Source: Myxococcales bacterium
Lineage (GTDB): Bacteria > Desulfobacterota > Binatia > HRBIN30
DNA length: 64,000 nucleotides
Assembly: GCA_037445065.1 (NCBI GenBank)
Contig: JBBILD010000002.1
Location: 184,074 to 248,073 of the forward strand
Reading direction: 5' to 3'
The notes beneath the pieces are model-generated. The model saw nothing but the letters and a program-made list of their open reading frames with translations. It was not told the DNA's origin and searched no databases. A program made the translations under genes and the position numbers. This document shows, piece after piece, positions 8,819 through 18,427 of the stretch (positions are counted from its first letter, which is position 1; every line of letters starts with the position of its first letter).

Positions 8819-10336
8819 ATGCCACAGCGAGTCTTAGCGCTCGACATCGAGCCTACGGCGATCAAAGCCGCGGTGGTCGAGACATCGTTCCGTGAGTTTC
8901 GCATCGCTGGCTTCTACCGAGTGCCTGTTCCGCCTGGGCAGCCTGTTGCGGATGTGCTGCGCAGCTTTGTGGCGAACAATGGGCTCGAAGGGTGCGTGGT
9001 GCTTTCGGCCCTATGTGGGGAGAAGGTCACATGGCGCACCTTGTTTCTGCCGTTCCGGGACCGCAAGCGGCTCGACCAGACCGTTCCGTTTGAACTGGAA
9101 ACCCAGGTACCTTTCGACCTGGATGATGTCGTGATCACGTATCAGCTCTTGCAGCGAGATAAAGCAGGCAGCACGGTTTTGGCTGCCTTGGTGCAGCGCA
9201 AAGACCTGCAAGATCACTTGGACCTGTTACAGGGCGCCGGTCTCGATCCGAAGGTTGTGGACCTCAGTCCCCTCGTTTGCCTAAATGTTCTCGACTTACT
9301 CGCGCCGGAGCCTCCACCCACGTGCGTCTTTCTTTGTGGCGACCCACACGAACTAACCGTGGCACTGCGGCGGGACGGCACCTTGGTTGGCATTCGAACA
9401 ATCACTCCCGCGCTAAAGGTGGAAGAGCCGAGCGCGGAGCAATCCGCTGATAACGGACATGCCGTGGTGGCATCGCAGTGGGCGGAAGAGGTGACTCGAG
9501 AAGTTCGCTGGACATTGCTCGCACTCAATGGGGCGCCGCTCGAGCCAGGAACCCCCTGCGTGGTGGCAGGAGAGGGAATTTACTTTGACTGGTTGGGAAA
9601 CCGGCTTGCGGCGCTCGAGTTGAGCGTGCAGCGCCTCGAGCAAGGGGCGATGCGAATGGTCTCCAGCGAGGTGCTAGGCGCGGTGTCTGCGTTTGTAACG
9701 CCTCTCGGCTTGGCACTCCGTGAAATCCAGCCAGAGCGTGCTTTTGGGGTGAATTTCCGGCAGGGGGAATTCGCGTACCAGCGCGGAAGAGAAGAGGTCC
9801 GTAGCGCGCTCGTGCGAACCGGTACGATCGCCTTCGCGGCGGTCGTGCTGTTGCTGGCGAACGCCTACCTGGAGTACCGGGGGCTACAGGCCCGGCTCGA
9901 CGCGGTCAATGCCCAAGTTCGATTTGTTTTTCGCGAGACGCTGCCTGATGTCCAGCGGATCGTGGATGAGCGCAGGCAACTGCAAGAAGAGATTGATGCG
10001 GTGGAAAAGCGACTCAAGTTGCTCGGCAGTGTTGCTCCACCCAGCGGGGCGACTGCGATCGACGCTTTGCACGCGATCAGTGCGGCGCTCCCCGAGACTT
10101 TGAAGTTAGAAGTGGACGAATACGTGATGGATACACAGGAAATCAAGATTCGCGCGCACACGGATTCGTTAGACACGCCAAACGCCATTCGCGAGGCAAT
10201 TGCTGGCAGTAGGTACTTCGCCGATGTGCAGGTGAAAGACATCAAGTCCGCGCCGGATGGGCGAGTCGATTTCCGCATGATTCTGGTGCTCAATCGCGGC
10301 GGTATCCCAGCGCCGCTTCCCTCAGGTCGGTTATGA
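8819..10336 (+). CDS. gspL: GspL (PilM/PilN-like) assembly platform protein
   Basis: N-terminal actin-like LALDI domain, VPFELETQVPF, VNFRQGEF, single TM and periplasmic coiled coil; gene order. Confidence 0.85.
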   Translation: MPQRVLALDIEPTAIKAAVVETSFREFRIAGFYRVPVPPGQPVADVLRSFVANNGLEGCVVLSALCGEKVTWRTLFLPFRDRKRLDQTVPFELETQVPFDLDDVVITYQLLQRDKAGSTVLAALVQRKDLQDHLDLLQGAGLDPKVVDLSPLVCLNVLDLLAPEPPPTCVFLCGDPHELTVALRRDGTLVGIRTITPALKVEEPSAEQSADNGHAVVASQWAEEVTREVRWTLLALNGAPLEPGTPCVVAGEGIYFDWLGNRLAALELSVQRLEQGAMRMVSSEVLGAVSAFVTPLGLALREIQPERAFGVNFRQGEFAYQRGREEVRSALVRTGTIAFAAVVLLLANAYLEYRGLQARLDAVNAQVRFVFRETLPDVQRIVDERRQLQEEIDAVEKRLKLLGSVAPPSGATAIDALHAISAALPETLKLEVDEYVMDTQEIKIRAHTDSLDTPNAIREAIAGSRYFADVQVKDIKSAPDGRVDFRMILVLNRGGIPAPLPSGRL

Positions 10337-10932
10337 GATTCGACTGGAATCTTCTCGCCCGGTACATTGATCGTCTTGCACCGCGGGAAAAGCTGCTGCT
10401 GCTCGTCGCAGCCGCGGTCACCGTCCTTATCCTCGGCTACTCGTTTGTTTGGGACCCGTTGCAGGCTGGCGCCGCACAATTGTCCCGAAGGATCAGTTTG
10501 CGGGAGCGAGAATTGGAGGAAATCCTGCGCCAGCGGGAACAATACCTCGAACTGCTCCGCCAGTTGGAAGCGTACGGCGACATTTCCGAGATGGACCCGA
10601 ATTTCAATTTGTTGGGTTACTTGCAGGGCGTTGTGACTGCAGCCGTGAGTCGCGAGAAAATCACGTCTCTGAACCCGACCACGCGGCCAAAGGCAGAGGC
10701 TCCTGAATTCGTCGAGGAAATGGTCGAGATCAAACTAGCGGGGGTATCGCTCCCACAGATTGTGGATCTGTTGCATCGGGTGGAGAAAGGAGAGCACCCG
10801 CTGCATTTTAGCCGGGTGTCCATTAAGAAGCGCGTTAACGATCCGTACTCCTTTGACGTGCAGGCTACCGTGGCGGTGCTCAAGCACGCCGAAAAGCCCG
10901 CGGAAAAAGCCGTGTCGCGAGGAGAGAGCTGA
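10333..10932 (+). CDS. gspM: GspM-like assembly platform protein
   Basis: LAPREK followed by a TM helix, coiled coil and ferredoxin-like C-terminus; 4-nt overlap with gspL. Confidence 0.8.
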   Translation: MRFDWNLLARYIDRLAPREKLLLLVAAAVTVLILGYSFVWDPLQAGAAQLSRRISLRERELEEILRQREQYLELLRQLEAYGDISEMDPNFNLLGYLQGVVTAAVSREKITSLNPTTRPKAEAPEFVEEMVEIKLAGVSLPQIVDLLHRVEKGEHPLHFSRVSIKKRVNDPYSFDVQATVAVLKHAEKPAEKAVSRGES

Positions 10933-11855
10933 TGCGGGCTCCACAGTTGCGGCTGCCTTGGGCAACGTGGTTTTCTTCACGCTGGGTCCCTGATTTCTTG
11001 CTGCGGCGCAGCACGTGGTTGTACCTGTCGTACACGTTTGCAGTGTTTCTAATCGCGCTGGTCGTCACCTTCCCGCACGACTTGTTGATCCAGCGGGCGG
11101 TCCGGCACTTGGACCGCGGGCCGTTGGCGTTGCACGTCAATGGAGCCGGCGTTTCGCTCTTGCGCGGATACTGCGTTAGCGGCGTGCGGTTGGGAAACAG
11201 TGACGGCAACCGCCCGCCGCTACTCGAGATCTCGACGGTGTGGGCCCGCCCGAGCATTCGCGAATGGTTGCGGGGGAATTTTTATGCGGCGGCAGTAGGC
11301 GCTGAACTCTACGGAGGAGCCCTCCAAGGAAGCGTCCTGTACCAAGACGTCGGCTTGTCAGGTGCAGTCGAGTGGCACGGACTTCAGCTCGGACGTTACC
11401 GGACACTGCAGAGCCAGCTGGAAGAAGGTCAGATTACGGGCGTGGTTTCCGGTGACTTGGCCTTCGAAATCCGCGGGCAGAATTTCCAACAGGGGCAAGC
11501 CAACGGTGAAATCGTGATCGAGTCCGCTGCCTTACAAGACGTGAAGTTGGGCGGCTGGCCCATTCCGAACGTGCAACTGAAGCAGATCAAGGCCAAGATC
11601 AAGGTCGTTCCTGGACGGATCGAACTTGCCGACTTGGTGGCGACCGGCGACCTAAGCGTTCAGGGTGGGGGCCAGATCACGGTGCGCGAACCGTTTGGTG
11701 AAAGCGCGCTCAATCTTCGTCTGACAATTGCCCCGACACCCCAAACCCCAGATACCCTAAAAGCTGCGCTGGCGCTACTACCGCGCCCAGCGGGAGGGAA
11801 GCCGGACAGTCCGATCACGATCGCCGGTACGTTGCTCAAGCCGAAGCTGCGCTAA
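10932..11855 (+). CDS. gspN: GspN-like protein
   Basis: N-terminal TM ending in TFP, beta-rich body, C-terminal ITIAGTLLKPKLR; last gene of the gsp operon. Confidence 0.75.
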   Translation: MRAPQLRLPWATWFSSRWVPDFLLRRSTWLYLSYTFAVFLIALVVTFPHDLLIQRAVRHLDRGPLALHVNGAGVSLLRGYCVSGVRLGNSDGNRPPLLEISTVWARPSIREWLRGNFYAAAVGAELYGGALQGSVLYQDVGLSGAVEWHGLQLGRYRTLQSQLEEGQITGVVSGDLAFEIRGQNFQQGQANGEIVIESAALQDVKLGGWPIPNVQLKQIKAKIKVVPGRIELADLVATGDLSVQGGGQITVREPFGESALNLRLTIAPTPQTPDTLKAALALLPRPAGGKPDSPITIAGTLLKPKLR

Positions 11856-11890
11856 GCTCCGATGCTTCAGCCTTCCCGCGGCGGTGCCAC

Positions 11891-13159
11891 CTAGCGGCGA
11901 ATCTGTTCCGTGTCCATGTACGGCTGCAGGACTTCCGGAATGCGGACGGAGCCGTCGGGCTGCTGGTAGGTTTCAACTAGCGCGATTAGCAAACGGGGGA
12001 GGGCAAGGCCGCTTCCGTTCAGTGTATGGACGTATTCTGGCTTTTTGCCGGGGCCTCGCCGGAAACGGATGTTTGCACGCCGTGCTTGATAGTCCGTGCA
12101 GTTGCTGCATGAACTTACCTCGAGCCATTCCGCACAGCCCGGCGCCCATACCTCGAGATCGAACTTCTTTGCCGCCACAACTCCCAGATCGCCGGTGCAA
12201 ATGGAGACCACTCGGTAGAGCAGACCGAGGCGGCGCAACAGGTCTTCCGCGTCCGCCACGATCCGCTCGAGCGCGGCCGGCGAGTCCTCCGGAGCGGTGA
12301 TCTTGTACATTTCGACCTTGTCGAACTGGTGCCCCCGCTTGATGCCCCGTACATCCCGGCCGGCGGACATTTTTTCCCGGCGAAAGCAGGCCGTGTATGC
12401 CACGTACGAGATCGGCAGAGTTTCAACGTCGAGGATCTCGTCGCGATGGAGGTTCGTCAACGGGATTTCGGCCGTGCCGATCAGCCATAGGTCGTCCTCA
12501 GCATCATGGTAGATGTTGTCAGCGAAGCGTGGCAGTTGACCTGCTCCGTACAGGCACTCTTGCTTGACCAAGTATGGCGGGTAAATCTCGAAGTACCCAT
12601 GCTCCCGAGTGTGGACCTCGAGCATCCAGGCGATGAGGCTACGCTGTAACTTGGCCCCGGCCCCTTTGAGAATGTAAAAGCGAGAACCCGAAATTTTCGT
12701 CCCACGTTCGAAGTCGATTAGGTCCAGCTCGGGGCCGAGCTCCCAGTGGGGCCGTGGCTGGAACGAGAAAACCGGTTCTGTCCCTACGGTGCGGATTACT
12801 TGATTGTCGCGCTCGTCGTGGCCAACGGGAACGGACGGATCCGGTAAGTTGGGAAGCATGAGCAGGCGTGCGCGCAGTTCCTGCTCAACCTTTTCTAAGC
12901 GTTGCTCTAGCTCGGTTAAGCTTCCAACGATTTGGCGTACGATTTCCTTCTTCGCTTCTTGCTCTTCGCGGGGCAAAGACGGGATTTCTCGCGAGATACG
13001 CGTACGGCGCGCTCGCAGCTCCTCCACCTGGCGCAGCAAGGAACGGCGCTCCTCGTCGGCAGACAGCACCGCGTCCACCTCTTCAGGAGCGGTCCCGACC
13101 TTTGCCAATTCTGCTTTGACAAAATCCGGCTTCTCGCGGATCAGGTGCAGATCGAGCAT
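11891..13159 (-). CDS. serS: Seryl-tRNA synthetase
   Basis: MLDLHLIRE start, LIGTAEIPL, CFRRE, HQFDKVEM, EVSSCSNCTDYQARR, HTLNGSGLA. Confidence 0.98.
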   Translation of the reverse strand: MLDLHLIREKPDFVKAELAKVGTAPEEVDAVLSADEERRSLLRQVEELRARRTRISREIPSLPREEQEAKKEIVRQIVGSLTELEQRLEKVEQELRARLLMLPNLPDPSVPVGHDERDNQVIRTVGTEPVFSFQPRPHWELGPELDLIDFERGTKISGSRFYILKGAGAKLQRSLIAWMLEVHTREHGYFEIYPPYLVKQECLYGAGQLPRFADNIYHDAEDDLWLIGTAEIPLTNLHRDEILDVETLPISYVAYTACFRREKMSAGRDVRGIKRGHQFDKVEMYKITAPEDSPAALERIVADAEDLLRRLGLLYRVVSICTGDLGVVAAKKFDLEVWAPGCAEWLEVSSCSNCTDYQARRANIRFRRGPGKKPEYVHTLNGSGLALPRLLIALVETYQQPDGSVRIPEVLQPYMDTEQIRR

Positions 13160-13214
13160 GCGCGCGCGGTTAGCACGCTGCCCCAAGGGCAACAAGCAAA
13201 CGCAACGGTCACAC

Positions 13215-13592
13215 TCACTCGTCGCGGAACGCGTCGCGCAGCAACTGGTACTCGAAACCACCGCTGTTCACAAAAACGCACACAACATCGAAACGAACGG
13301 ATGCGCGGGCATGCTCCGAATGGCAGGCGAGAAAGTGCCGTGCGGCACGACGAATCCGCTCGCGTTTACGGCCATCAATCGCTTCCCACGCCGCCCCTTG
13401 CCAGCGGCGAGAGCGAGTTTTGACTTCGATAAACGCCAGTACAGGACCGTCATAAGCAATCAGGTCGATTTCGCCCCCCGGGCAGCGGTAGTTTCGTTGA
13501 AGGAGTCGGTAGCCGTGGGCTTCTACCAGGTACTCGATCGCCAGCGTTTCCCCGCTGCGCCCTCGGTGGGGTGCCTGCTGCGAACTCCGCAC
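13215..13592 (-). CDS. yraN: YraN (UPF0102) family endonuclease-like protein
   Basis: G..GE..A..YL, RNYRCPGGEIDLIA, FIEVKTR, RFDVV. Confidence 0.92.
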   Translation of the reverse strand: MRSSQQAPHRGRSGETLAIEYLVEAHGYRLLQRNYRCPGGEIDLIAYDGPVLAFIEVKTRSRRWQGAAWEAIDGRKRERIRRAARHFLACHSEHARASVRFDVVCVFVNSGGFEYQLLRDAFRDE

Positions 13593-13703
13593 GAACGCAA
13601 TGTATCGCCTTTTGCTCCCGGCGCGAAGAGGGGAGGAGGGCCTGGACCGGAGAGAACGGTAGTGAATTGAAGGGAGCGGGCGGCTGTGTTAACCGCGGCG
13701 CCG

Positions 13704-13991
13704 ATGGGCTTGGACCGAAACAAGGTACGCGAAATTGCAGCCTTGGCCCGCCTCGCACTGAGCCCGCAGGAAGAGGAGTCACTCACCACACAACTCGAGC
13801 GCATCCTGTCGTATTTTTCACGCCTTTCGGAGGTGCCTACCGAGGATGTCCCCCCGGCCACCGAGGCGCTTACTCGTTCTTTCCATTCGCGGGACGATGC
13901 CGTGACCAATACACCGCGCGTAGAGGAGTTCCTCGAAAGCGCTCCGCAGCGGCGCGGAAACTTTTTTGTCGTACCCAAAATCATTGAATGA
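13704..13991 (+). CDS. gatC: Asp/Glu-tRNA amidotransferase subunit C
   Basis: VREIAALARL, ILSYFSRL, FFVVPKIIE; upstream of gatA. Confidence 0.93.
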   Translation: MGLDRNKVREIAALARLALSPQEEESLTTQLERILSYFSRLSEVPTEDVPPATEALTRSFHSRDDAVTNTPRVEEFLESAPQRRGNFFVVPKIIE

Positions 13992-14054
13992 TTGGGCCCT
14001 TGCTTCCGAGAACCGAGTGCTGCTGGGGCAGCCTGCAGCCGGTGGGTGCACTGC

Positions 14055-15515
14055 ATGGTTGAGGTGTTGAAGCTCTCCATCACTCGTTTGACAGAACTGC
14101 TCCGCTCCCGGGCCGTGAGTGCGCGCGAAGTCACCGAGGCCTGCTTGAAACGCATCGAGGCCGTCGAGCCGCAACTCTCGGCGCTTTTGACCATTTGTCC
14201 CGAACTGGCTTTGGCCCAGGCAGACGAAGCAGATCAGCGGCGGCGGAAAGGTGAGGATACGCCCTTGTTGGGTGTGCCCCTCGCCCTGAAAGACGTGATT
14301 GTGACGCGCGGCGTCCGTACGACGGCGGCGTCGCGCATTCTGGAGCACTACGTTCCGCCCTACGATGCGACTGTGGTGGAGAGACTGAGGGCGGCCGGAG
14401 CGGTGCTGCTGGGCAAGCTGAACTGTGATGAGTTCGCGATGGGTTCATCCACGGAAAACTCCGCCTTTTTCATCACGCGCAACCCTTGGAACCTGGAGCG
14501 CGTACCTGGCGGATCGTCGGGGGGGTCTGCCGCCGCGGTTGCGGCCGGAGAGTGCTTCGGATCTTTGGGTTCGGACACAGGCGGGTCGATTCGTCAACCA
14601 GCAGCTTGCTGTGGTATCGTGGGACTCAAGCCAACGTACGGTCGTGTGAGCCGGTACGGCCTCATCGCGTACGCTTCTTCTTTGGACCAGATCGGCCCGA
14701 TGACCCGCACAGTGGCGGATGCGGCCGTACTTCTAGAGGCCATCGCAGGCTGGGACCCAGCGGACGCGACGTCGTCTCCATTGCCTGTGCCCTCCTATTC
14801 TGCCGCGCTGGCGGTCGAGGTCAAGGGCATACGCTTAGCGCTGCCGAAGGAATTTTTCGGGGAAGGCCTTGACCCCGAAGTGCGGGGTGCCGTTCTACAG
14901 GCGGTTGACCTGCTGCAAAAACAGGGAGCACTTGTGCGAGAAGTGTCTCTGCCTCACACCGCGTACTCGATTCCGACCTACTACATGATCGCAACTGCGG
15001 AAGCGAGCTCGAACCTAGCGCGCTTCGATGGCGTTCGGTACGGCTTGCGAGTAGGGGAGGAGGATCGCGTCCAAGAAATGTACGCACTGACACGCGCAAA
15101 GGGCTTCGGGGCAGAAGTGAAGCGGCGAATTATGTTGGGAACGTACGCGTTGTCTGCCGGGTACTATGATGCGTACTATCTCAAAGCGCTGAAGGTGCGA
15201 ACGTTGATCCGGAGAGACTTCGAGGCCGCATTTGAGGAGGCAGACCTGGTGGTGACACCGACTGCGCCAACCACGGCGTTTCGCTTAGGTGAGAAGGCAG
15301 GAGACCCCCTCCAAATGTACCTTTCCGACGTATACACGATCGCTGCAAATTTGGCAGGCCTCCCGGCACTTTCGCTGCCGTGTGGCTTCGACTCACAAGG
15401 GCTGCCAATTGGCGTGCAACTCATCGGCCAGGATTTTCAGGAGCAGCGGTTGCTCAACGCGGCACACGCACTCGAGCGAGAATTGGGCGTGAGCGAGCGG
15501 TGGCCACCGCTTTGA
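14055..15515 (+). CDS. gatA: Asp/Glu-tRNA amidotransferase subunit A
   Basis: Amidase signature [57 protein letters not shown]. Confidence 0.97.
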   Translation: MVEVLKLSITRLTELLRSRAVSAREVTEACLKRIEAVEPQLSALLTICPELALAQADEADQRRRKGEDTPLLGVPLALKDVIVTRGVRTTAASRILEHYVPPYDATVVERLRAAGAVLLGKLNCDEFAMGSSTENSAFFITRNPWNLERVPGGSSGGSAAAVAAGECFGSLGSDTGGSIRQPAACCGIVGLKPTYGRVSRYGLIAYASSLDQIGPMTRTVADAAVLLEAIAGWDPADATSSPLPVPSYSAALAVEVKGIRLALPKEFFGEGLDPEVRGAVLQAVDLLQKQGALVREVSLPHTAYSIPTYYMIATAEASSNLARFDGVRYGLRVGEEDRVQEMYALTRAKGFGAEVKRRIMLGTYALSAGYYDAYYLKALKVRTLIRRDFEAAFEEADLVVTPTAPTTAFRLGEKAGDPLQMYLSDVYTIAANLAGLPALSLPCGFDSQGLPIGVQLIGQDFQEQRLLNAAHALERELGVSERWPPL

Positions 15516-15551
15516 AGGTTCGTGGGCGCACGGGAGGTCGGATCGGGGCTC

Positions 15552-16997
15552 ATGGAATTCGAAGCAGTCATTGGTCTCGAGGTTCACGCTGAGCTCCTGA
15601 CCGAGTCGAAGATGTTTTGTGGATGCTCGGCTCGGTTCGGTGCGCCGGCGAATGAGAATACCTGCCCCGTCTGCCTCGCCTTGCCGGGAGCGCTGCCCGT
15701 TGCGAATCGGCGGGCTGTCGAGTTCGCGATTCGTTTGGGCCTGGCAACGGACTGTAAGATCGCACCTTCCAGCCAATGGGCACGTAAGAACTATTTTTAC
15801 CCGGATCTTCCCAAGGGGTACCAGATCAGCCAGTACGAGTTGCCCATTTGTTCGGGAGGCCGCATCACGATTGAGACGGAAGCTGGGCCTCGGGTGGTGC
15901 GTCTCCATCGAATCCACATGGAGGAAGACACTGGGAAGAGCATCCACGATCCGCAGACGGGTGTCAGTCTGATTGATTTCAATCGCTGCGGTGTGCCGCT
16001 TTTGGAGATCGTCAGTGAGCCGGATTTGCGTTCCGCGCAGGAGGCAGCCAGCTATTTGCGGAAGCTTCGCCAGATCCTGCAGTACCTGGAGATTTGTGAC
16101 GGCAACATGGAGGAGGGGAGCTTCCGTTGTGACGCCAATGTCTCTGTTCGCCGCAGCGGAAGTACAGCGCTGGGTACGAAAGTGGAAATCAAGAACATGA
16201 ACTCCTTTCGCCACGTCGAGCGGGCACTCGAATACGAGATCCAACGCCAAGTCGAATGCCTCGAACTCGGCGAACCGATCGTGCAGGAAACGCGGCTTTG
16301 GGATGCGGAGCAAGAGATCACACGCCCAATGCGTTCCAAGGAGTATGCGCACGACTACCGGTACTTTCCGGAGCCAGACTTGCCCCCCGTCGTCGTGGAC
16401 GATGCTTGGATTGCCCGTATCGCGGCTTCCATGCCCGAACTACCTGATGCGCGCCGCCGGCGCTTCGTTGAACAGTACGGCCTTCCGGCTTATGACGCCG
16501 AAGTGCTCACTTCGCGGCGGGACCTGGCCGAGTACTTCGAGCAAGTCGCGGCAGGTGGCGTGGCGCCGAAAAGCGCCAGCAACTGGGTGATGAGCGAACT
16601 CCTCCGCGTCGTTCGGGAACGCGGCCTCGATCGGGAACTGCGGATTGAATCCTGGCCGCTGTCGCCCAAACAGCTCGCGGAACTGATTTCTCTCGTCGAA
16701 AGCGGCACGATCAGCGGAAAAATTGCCAAGATGGCCTTTGAGGCTCTCCTCGATACGCAGACATCTCCGGAAACCCTGATTCGCGAACGGGGCTGGGTAC
16801 AGATTTCGGACGATGCCTTCCTCACAGAGGCGGTGGACGCCGTCATTTCGGAGCACCCAGACAAGGTCGCCGATTTCCGGGAGGGGAAAACCAAACTGTT
16901 GGCCTTCTTTGTCGGTCAAGTAATGCGCAGGACCGGCGGGAGGGCAAACCCACAACGGGTCAACGAGCTGCTCCTGGAGCGCCTGGGGAGGGGTTGA
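15552..16997 (+). CDS. gatB: Asp/Glu-tRNA amidotransferase subunit B
   Basis: IGLEVHAEL, RKNYFYPDLPKGYQISQ, RCDANVS, DYRYFPEPDLP, FFVGQVM. Confidence 0.98.
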   Translation: MEFEAVIGLEVHAELLTESKMFCGCSARFGAPANENTCPVCLALPGALPVANRRAVEFAIRLGLATDCKIAPSSQWARKNYFYPDLPKGYQISQYELPICSGGRITIETEAGPRVVRLHRIHMEEDTGKSIHDPQTGVSLIDFNRCGVPLLEIVSEPDLRSAQEAASYLRKLRQILQYLEICDGNMEEGSFRCDANVSVRRSGSTALGTKVEIKNMNSFRHVERALEYEIQRQVECLELGEPIVQETRLWDAEQEITRPMRSKEYAHDYRYFPEPDLPPVVVDDAWIARIAASMPELPDARRRRFVEQYGLPAYDAEVLTSRRDLAEYFEQVAAGGVAPKSASNWVMSELLRVVRERGLDRELRIESWPLSPKQLAELISLVESGTISGKIAKMAFEALLDTQTSPETLIRERGWVQISDDAFLTEAVDAVISEHPDKVADFREGKTKLLAFFVGQVMRRTGGRANPQRVNELLLERLGRG

Positions 16998-17130
16998 GGA
17001 AGCGGAAGAGGCCGGAGAGAGTGCTTGGGGGGTAAAGGCGAGGCGGAACCGGAGTCAATGTCCGATAAGATATGTTCCGTTACTTAGACCCTGGAGCGGT
17101 TTTCCCCCCAATCGATTCGAGCGCTCACCC

Positions 17131-17787
17131 TCACGGCTCGCGTAATAGCACCCGCGCACGCCGCAGTTCTGCGGAGTTGGCATCCTCACGCTTCAGGGAT
17201 TCGAGGAGGCTGCGTGCCCGGTTCGCGTCTCCTTGTTGCACTGCAACGCGGAGTTGCTCGTACCGGGCAACGGTCGTGTACGGACCGCCCTGTTGCTCGG
17301 CGCGCTCGAAGGCTGTCGAGGCCTCGTCGAGCTTGCCTGCCGCCTCGTGGGCGTAAGCGACCCCAAGAGCGGCCGCCTGCCTGAGCGGCGGTGGCAAGTT
17401 GGAGTCATTGACGAGGTTGGCGAGCAACTCCGAAGTCCGGTTCGGTTCATTCACGCGCAGGGCCGCGTGGCCGGCCAGTACGGCCGCTAGTTTGCCTGGA
17501 AGTCGGTTCTGCCAACGTTGCGCCACCGCGGCGAGTTCCGATGCGGCTTCCGGGTACTTGGCGGCCCGATACTGTCCCAGAGCCGCCGTCAGCTCCTCAT
17601 TGGCATGCTCCAATGCTCGCTGCTGGTACGTGACCAGCGCCCCCACCAAAACTAAGAACGCGAAAAGAACCGAAGCCGCGATTCCTACTTCGCGGCGGTG
17701 GGCTTGCGTCCATTGGAGAACTTGTCTTCCGAGGGAGACGAACTCATCTGGGCGCTTCAGGTCTTTTCGTCGCGGCTGCAATTTCAT
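17131..17787 (-). CDS. Membrane-anchored TPR protein (YfgM-like)
   Basis: RKDLKRPDEF N-terminus, single TM helix, then Ala-rich TPR-like helical repeats. Confidence 0.7.
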   Translation of the reverse strand: MKLQPRRKDLKRPDEFVSLGRQVLQWTQAHRREVGIAASVLFAFLVLVGALVTYQQRALEHANEELTAALGQYRAAKYPEAASELAAVAQRWQNRLPGKLAAVLAGHAALRVNEPNRTSELLANLVNDSNLPPPLRQAAALGVAYAHEAAGKLDEASTAFERAEQQGGPYTTVARYEQLRVAVQQGDANRARSLLESLKREDANSAELRRARVLLREP

Positions 17788-17852
17788 GGTTCAGTAGCTT
17801 TCCCTTGCGGCGGTTCTGCAGAGCAATGGGCCGGCGCGTCCCGAATCGCGAG

Positions 17853-18371
17853 CTACATCTTATACTTGAAGTCATCCGGGTTCATTTTTTCTAGGATTTC
17901 GGCCCACTTGTCACGGGAAACTCCAGATAGATCCGGGGTGGCAGCTTCCTCTCCACCTTCTTGCAGAACGCTGGATGCTTCCAGGACCTGGCGGTGAACA
18001 AAGATCGGGCTCTTCAGACGCAACGCCAGGGCGATGGCGTCACTGGGGCGCGAGTCAATCACCAACACTTGGTCGCCCAGCCGAAGGTGGATTGCTGCGT
18101 AGTAAGTGTTGTCGCGCAAGTCAGTAATTTCTACCCGGTCGACAGATGCGCCAACCTGCCCGAGGATGTTACGCAAGAGGTCGTGGGTCATGGGCCGGGC
18201 CATTTTGATCCCTTCGAGTTCGGTGGCAATCGCTGTAGCCTCGAGGAGCCCGATCCAAATTGGCAAGGCGATCTTGTTGTCCTGATCGCGCAAGAGGACA
18301 ATCGGAGTCTTGGTCACCGGGTCCAAGGTGAGGCCGCCAACTGTCATTTCGATTGCGTTTTCCGCCGTCAT
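17853..18371 (-). CDS. Bifunctional nuclease family protein (DUF151)
   Basis: LPIWIG..EA.AI, RPMTHDLL, IDSRPSDAIALALR. Confidence 0.93.
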   Translation of the reverse strand: MTAENAIEMTVGGLTLDPVTKTPIVLLRDQDNKIALPIWIGLLEATAIATELEGIKMARPMTHDLLRNILGQVGASVDRVEITDLRDNTYYAAIHLRLGDQVLVIDSRPSDAIALALRLKSPIFVHRQVLEASSVLQEGGEEAATPDLSGVSRDKWAEILEKMNPDDFKYKM

Positions 18372-18427
18372 CTCCGTAACTCGTGAAGAGGGATTTTGCG
18401 CAAAAGCTTCTCAGCGGTCAATCTTTC

